A DNA stretch of 64,000 bases from NCBI GenBank assembly GCA_965203055.1, contig OZ241863.1, positions 2,976,001-3,040,000 of the forward strand, in the 5' to 3' direction. This stretch comes from Spirochaetia bacterium (GTDB lineage: Bacteria > Spirochaetota > Spirochaetia > SZUA-6 > Bin103). Below, in pieces: positions 61,016 to 64,000 of the stretch. The notes beneath the pieces are model-generated. The model saw only the letters and a program-made list of their open reading frames with translations, did no database searches and was not told the origin of the DNA. Made by a program: the position numbers and the translations under genes. Positions within the stretch are counted from its first letter, which is position 1, and each line of letters opens with the position of its first letter.

Positions 61016-63733
61016 CTACTCCGCGGCGCGGGATACGTCCAGCCGCACCAGTTCCAGCAGCTCGTCGTCGGGCAGTTCGGTCAGGTTGATCTCCCCGCCG
61101 CCGGCCCCGGCGCCGGGCAGCAGGTCGGCCGCCAACTGCCGCTTGTCGCGGATCAGGCTATCGATCCGCTCCTCCACCGTGCCGCGGGTAATGAACTTGT
61201 GCACCAGGACGTTGCGCCGCTGGCCGATGCGGAAGGCGCGGTCGGTGGCCTGGTCTTCCACCGCCGGATTCCACCAGCGGTCGAAGTGGATCACGTGCGA
61301 CGCCGCGGTCAGGTTCAGACCGGTGCCGCCGGCCTTCAGCGACAGCACCAGAAACGGCGGGCCGTCGTCGCGCTGGAACCGCTCCACCACGGCGCGGCGC
61401 TGCTTGACGCTCGTGCCGCCGTGCAGCGCCAGCCCGGCGGCGCGGAACAGAGTCGCCAGATAGTCGGCGAGCGGATCGATGATCTCCCGATATTGGGTGA
61501 AGATCAGCGCCTTCTCCTGGCGGTCCGCGAGTTCCTCGCAGATTTCCGCCAGGCGCTGGAACTTGCCGCTTGCCGCCGGGGCGTACTCGCCGTCGCCGGA
61601 GAGTTGGCTGGGGTGATTGCACACCTGCTTCAGGCGCAGCAGCGACGCCAGCACCAGACCGCGCCGCGCCATGCGGTCGCCCGACTCGGCGGATTCCAGG
61701 GCGCGCTGCAGGGCCTGCACCACCTGCTGGTAGAGTCGGACCTGCGCCGGCGAGAGCTGGCAGTAGCGGGCGGTTTCGGTCTTCTCCGGCAGGTCGGCGA
61801 TGATGCTGCGGTCGGTCTTGAGCCGGCGCAGGAGGTAGGGGCTCACCAGCCGGCGCAACGGCGCGAACGGTTGCTGCGCCCGCGCCTGCAGGGTCTTGAC
61901 GAAGGCGCGGAACACGCTTTGCGAGCCGAGCAGTCCGGGATTGAGGAAGTCGAACAGCGCCCACAGGTCGCCGAGCCGGTTTTCGACCGGCGTACCGGTC
62001 AGGGCCACGCGGGCGTCCGCGGGCAGCGCTCGGGCGGCGCGGCTCTGCCGGGTGGCCGGGTTTCTGATCGCCTGCGCCTCGTCCAGGATCACCAGCCGCC
62101 AGCGGATCTCCGCCAGCCAACTCTGGCGTACCAACATGGCGTAGGTGGTAACGACCAGGTCGGCGGCGGCCAGATGCTTCCGCGGCGCCGCGGCGATCTC
62201 CGCCAGGATCTGGCGGTCGTTCTCGGCCGGATGGAGGAAGCAGAGCCGCAGGGAGGGCGCGAACCGCTCCGCTTCGGCGCGCCAGTTGCCCAGCAGCGAC
62301 GCCGGCACGACCAGCAGGGCGGGAGCGCGCCGCCGGGCTCCGTTCGCGGGCCGGTCGCACAGCAGCAGGGCCAGCACCTGGATCGTCTTGCCGAGCCCCA
62401 TGTCGTCGGCCAGACAGGCGCCGAACCCCAGCCGGGTCAAAAAGTGCAACCAGGCCAGCCCGGCGCGTTGATAGGGCCGCAGCGTTCCCTGCAGGGCGGC
62501 GCCCAGTTCCGCTTCGCGCCGCTCCGAGCCGCCCGGCTGGCGCAGCCCGGCCAGCAGCTCGCGCATTGCGGCGCCGGCTTCGATCCGCACCCACGGCCGG
62601 TCGGCTTCGGTCTGTTCCTCCTGCTGCAGGTCGGCGGAGGCGCCGGCCAGCAGTCGCATCCCTTCGATGAAGGAGAGGCCGTCGCCGCCCGCCTGCTCCT
62701 GCAATGCTTCCCAGTGGGAGATCGCCTGTTGCAACCGTTCGCGGTCCACCTCCACCCACTGGTTGCGCAGCTGAACCAGGTTGCCCGCGCCGTCCCGCAA
62801 CTCCTGCAGTTCAGCCGCCGACAGCGCGCGGTCGCCCAGGGCTACCTCGACCTTGAAGTCTAGCATCGCCGCGGCGTCCACCCGCGCCGGGGTCTCCGTG
62901 CCGATCGTCACCGCCACCCGCGGCCGGGGCCGTTTGCGCCACCAGTTCGGCACCCGTACCGACAAGCCGCACCGCTCCAGATCGGGCACGCTCTGCAGGA
63001 AGCGGTAGGCCTGCTCGGGCGGCCACGTCAGCGCGCCATAGAGGTTGCCCGAGCCCGCCAGTTCCCGCACCCAGGAGCATGCCTTGGCAGCTTCCTCCAC
63101 CGGCGACAGCAGCTTGAGCAGCGCGGCCCGGTCGTCCGCTCCGGCGTACTGTTGCAGGGCGTTGCGCAGCGGCGCGTGCTTCAACCGGCCGCCGGCGCCG
63201 AAGCCGGTGGAGTAGGTGGCCAGAAACGCGAACGGGCGCTCCTCATCGGCGCGGTTCTCGGCCAGGTGAAAGCAGACCCGGCCCACCTGATGCCAGCGCG
63301 GCGCCCGCCGGCTCAGCAGCTCCTCCAGGCCGCCGGCCTCCGCCGCGGCGGCGCGGACCCACTGGCCGAGTTGCTCCCACAGCCGCTGCAGGAGCTCCGG
63401 CGACAGGTACTCTCCGCCCTCCATCGGCGGGGCGGTGAGCATCCAGGCCGCGCACTGGGCGGCGGTCGGCGGCGCCGCCAGGGGACATGCGGAATCCGGC
63501 CCCGCGGCCGCCGGCAGGTGGCACAAGGCGGTGAGATACTGCTCGGCGAATTGCTGCCAGTAGCGCAGCGCCGGGAACTCCTGCGCCGGCAGCCGTTCGG
63601 CCGCCAGGGTGAACAGCGCGCTGCGCCAGTCGCTCCGCATCGCCTCCGGGACGCCGCCCAGTTCGGCCGGCGCCGGCGCGTCCGCGGCCGGCTCCCAGCG
63701 CAACTGGCCGGCCGGCGTCAGCCGCACGCTCAT
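61016..63733 (-). CDS. SNF2-family helicase/ATPase
   Basis: LRPYQ, LADDMGLGKT, DEAQ, TGTPVENR, GGTGLNL, WWNPAVEDQATDRAFRIGQ. Confidence 0.93.
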   Translation of the reverse strand: MSVRLTPAGQLRWEPAADAPAPAELGGVPEAMRSDWRSALFTLAAERLPAQEFPALRYWQQFAEQYLTALCHLPAAAGPDSACPLAAPPTAAQCAAWMLTAPPMEGGEYLSPELLQRLWEQLGQWVRAAAAEAGGLEELLSRRAPRWHQVGRVCFHLAENRADEERPFAFLATYSTGFGAGGRLKHAPLRNALQQYAGADDRAALLKLLSPVEEAAKACSWVRELAGSGNLYGALTWPPEQAYRFLQSVPDLERCGLSVRVPNWWRKRPRPRVAVTIGTETPARVDAAAMLDFKVEVALGDRALSAAELQELRDGAGNLVQLRNQWVEVDRERLQQAISHWEALQEQAGGDGLSFIEGMRLLAGASADLQQEEQTEADRPWVRIEAGAAMRELLAGLRQPGGSERREAELGAALQGTLRPYQRAGLAWLHFLTRLGFGACLADDMGLGKTIQVLALLLCDRPANGARRRAPALLVVPASLLGNWRAEAERFAPSLRLCFLHPAENDRQILAEIAAAPRKHLAAADLVVTTYAMLVRQSWLAEIRWRLVILDEAQAIRNPATRQSRAARALPADARVALTGTPVENRLGDLWALFDFLNPGLLGSQSVFRAFVKTLQARAQQPFAPLRRLVSPYLLRRLKTDRSIIADLPEKTETARYCQLSPAQVRLYQQVVQALQRALESAESGDRMARRGLVLASLLRLKQVCNHPSQLSGDGEYAPAASGKFQRLAEICEELADRQEKALIFTQYREIIDPLADYLATLFRAAGLALHGGTSVKQRRAVVERFQRDDGPPFLVLSLKAGGTGLNLTAASHVIHFDRWWNPAVEDQATDRAFRIGQRRNVLVHKFITRGTVEERIDSLIRDKRQLAADLLPGAGAGGGEINLTELPDDELLELVRLDVSRAAE

Positions 63734-63793
63734 CGCGCGCTCGCCGGCTGCGTTGGGCCGCCCCTCACCGCCCCGGCGGCAGGCAACGGAAGA

Positions 63794-64000
63794 TCACTGG
63801 CTGGCGACCAGGGTACCGTCGCGCCCGACGGCGAGGAGCCGGGAACCGTTCCAGGCAACGCTCAGGAGCGGAGTCGGGATCACGGGACCGGCCGCCTGCG
63901 CCCAGGAGATGCCGTCGCTGCTGTGCAGCACCACCGCGCCGGTGTATGCGCCGTCCCGGTCTTCGGTCTCGCCGACGGCGACGAAGCGCGTCCCGTTCCA
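63794..64000 (-). CDS. C-terminus of a BNR/beta-propeller-like repeat protein, partial
   Basis: WNGTRFVAVG...LHSSDGISW...SVAWNGSRLLAVG...ASQ-stop; not in the ORF track. Confidence 0.7.
   Translation of the reverse strand, partial: WNGTRFVAVGETEDRDGAYTGAVVLHSSDGISWAQAAGPVIPTPLLSVAWNGSRLLAVGRDGTLVASQ

Overview
High-GC (~70% by eye) bacterial DNA. The gene content is loosely consistent with a host-associated spirochaete-like organism, but that is inference only. The window has two parts. (1) 1-21.5 kb: a minus-strand tandem array built from a recurring unit of a GT-C (PMT/ArnT-like) membrane glycosyltransferase, a palindromic linker, an AAA-ATPase/PD-(D/E)XK nuclease and an arylsulfotransferase-like gene. 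It holds 4 long GT-C paralogues, 3 intact AAA-nuclease genes, 2 sulfotransferase-like genes and several deletion scars or chimeras. All GT and sulfotransferase genes end in the same unnamed ~100-aa two-Cys module. Two GT genes have long 8-bp tandem repeats (22 and ~20 units) between an upstream ATG and the gene body, both out of frame, which looks like phase variation. The array converges on the 3' end of a GtrB-like GT2 gene. Together this suggests a switchable, recombining surface glycosylation/sulfation system. A lower-GC DUF2971-like remnant bounds the array on the right. (2) 22.2-64 kb: mostly core genes. These are clpB, cysE, ribokinase, nqrA-F, polyprenyl synthase, a sugar ABC cassette, ndk, a nitrogen cluster, aminotransferase, ABC ATPase, LysM lipoprotein, aroD-aroE fusion, SPOR protein, hisC, tRNA-Phe, trxB, sodA, a DsbA-like protein and a SNF2+SWIM pair. 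The nitrogen cluster has glnA, an ACT-fused glnE, P-II, amtB and a NifA/AnfA-like activator, with matching sigma54 promoters and a shared tandem CCTAC-N6-GTAGG enhancer.
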